Assembly: GCA_963575745.1 (NCBI GenBank)
Contig: CAUYUJ010000185.1
Span: 1 to 64,000 of the forward strand
Direction of reading: 5' to 3'
From: Prorocentrum cordatum
Taxonomy: Eukaryota
Length of the DNA stretch: 64,000 nucleotides
Shown here in pieces: positions 62,441 to 64,000 of this stretch. A program made the position numbers and the translations under genes. Positions within the stretch are counted from its first letter, which is position 1. Each line of letters begins with the position of its first letter. The notes under the pieces are model-generated. The model ran no database searches and had not been told where the DNA came from. It saw nothing but the letters and a program-made list of their open reading frames with translations.

Positions 62441-62689
62441 CAAGAGCTCCCAAACCGTGACACGATGCCCTCCTAAAGCATTATGATGTCGAAGGAATCG
62501 AGATAGTGTACGACCCGCCCATGTATTCTACATCATATTGCAGACATCGTCGTCGTCGTCAGTGTTATCATCATCATCACTGGTGTTTAAGCTATTCTGC
62601 ACACGCGGTAGGCACTACGATCACGCCATCGTTGCTCACTTGTTTGCACCATCGTGTTCAGAGCCGCGTTTGGCTCGATTAATTGGACC

Positions 62690-63624
62690 ATGGAGGTCCG
62701 TAGGCGGCGCACCTTGTCACCGCCCGTGGCACCAGCTGCGAGGGCCGAATCTGGAGAGGCCCTGCTCGCTGAGTTTCAACGTTTATTTTGTCTCGGCACC
62801 ATCACAGCCAAAAGCTTTTGCGAGCTCGCGTACCACGCAGCCCGAGCTGGGGCCGTCGGGGAAATCAAGCAGTGGGGTCTAGCGCCTCAGCCGCAAGCGA
62901 ACAGTGGAAACTACAACAAGCTCATCGAACGCAAGATCCGTGATGCTGGTGTCACTGTTGTACAACCCGTTAGCATAGATGTGCCATGCCAGGCACGGAA
63001 ATCTCGCAGCAGAGCCATCATGCAAACTGGAGCGCGCCCATTCCACGAGCTTGTGAAATCTGAAGTTGCATCACCGTTGTCTGCATTGGTTATGCGAGAG
63101 CGCATCTCCGACCGATCGTGGCCCCCCGCGTTCAACGAACATCCTGTCAAGGTCGGTGCTGGCCCTGGTGTCCTAGTCATACCAGTCGGTTTGTTTGTGG
63201 ATGCAGCGCAATATGGTGGCGCTGCTGGCGCTGGTCGGAGTAAATCTGTCTTGGTGTTTTCAATTATCAATTTGGCGACCCAGCGTCGCCATGTGGGGAT
63301 CACGTTTCGGAAGCACCTTCATTGTAAATGCGGCTGTCGCGGCAATTGCTCATATGCCAGGCTGTTCACATTTGTACGCTGGTGCGCCGACGCAATGTCG
63401 ACTGGTGAATACCCTCGGTCCGACTGGGACGGGCGGCGGTGGGCGGACGCCGATGCGGCGCGACGTGCGCTCGGTGGTACAAAGTTGGGCTTCAAATGTG
63501 CGCTGATTTACGTGATGGTAGACTGGGAAGCCCTGGTCAATCACCTTGGGCTGCCGCAGTGGAACTCGACTGTGGGATCCTGCCCGCTATGTGATTCAAC
63601 GCTGGCGAACAGGCACAGTTACAG
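62690..63624 (+). CDS. First exon of a putative DDE transposase, Plavaka/CMC (CACTA-like) type; gene probably continues past a GT intron and beyond the window
   Basis: Stop-free, high-complexity ORF from ATG 62690 to AG|gtgagc (intron from 63625). Motif order VIPVGLFVDAAQY, then CKCGCRGNC, then ALIYVMVDWE, then GLPQW...CPLC. This fits the P-x-x-L-x-x-D / D-x-x-E / C(2)C layout of Plavaka and CMC transposases. Assigned by motif recognition only. Confidence 0.65.
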
Positions 63625-64000
63625 GTGAGCGTTTTTTTTTCCATTCATTCATGCCAGTCGCGAAGTCATCATCCTCACCCTTTGTTTCGTCGTCCTCCAT
63701 TTCCTCCTACTCCTCCTTCCCCTCATCATCCTCCTAACCCACCCCCTTCTCGTCCCTCTCCCAACCCCTCCGCGACGGCGGAGGCGGCGACGACGTGCGT
63801 CCGGTTAGCATGAGTAATTCCAAACGCACGGTGCAACCAGCTCGACGCGCGCACGTGCATGCAACGAGACAATCCTTGCAGCAAGTGACGGGGGTATGTT
63901 GCAGCGCCTCGAGTAGGTCGCGTTTTTGATGTGTGGGCCCACATTAAAATTTAACCCCTGTGTACGCACATCATCCCTGGAGGATTGTCTCGTGACACGC

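Noticed and set aside
1..64000. tRNA or rRNA genes
   Set aside because: No cloverleaf or conserved rRNA segments were recognised by eye; a covariance-model scan would be needed to exclude them.

Overview
Eukaryotic, GC-rich, very microsatellite-rich DNA with dinoflagellate-type gene architecture: micro-exons, GT/GC/GA donors and AG|G acceptors. The organism call is inference; the texture resembles Prorocentrum-type genomes. Most ORFs in the track are artefacts of (CCT)n/(CAT)n/(CGT)n tracts. Left of the 100-N gap (56417-56516), I infer one minus-strand host gene made of 18-89 nt exons over at least 27 kb. Its introns hold more than a dozen families of short interspersed elements. These include MITEs with 8-bp, 9-bp, 3-bp and TA target duplications, plus decayed LINE RNase H and Ty1/Copia fragments. 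Some element termini appear to form splice sites, and one family (GTGAG...TCAC, 3-bp TSD) makes a formally perfect intron when inserted at CAG. Right of the gap is an apparently intact co-oriented gene pair: a 7-exon ~815-aa unknown nuclear protein, then a Plavaka/CMC-like DDE transposase with an unusual CxCGCRGxC motif. This pair is a candidate autonomous two-gene DNA transposon. All calls come from manual reading; no searches were run.
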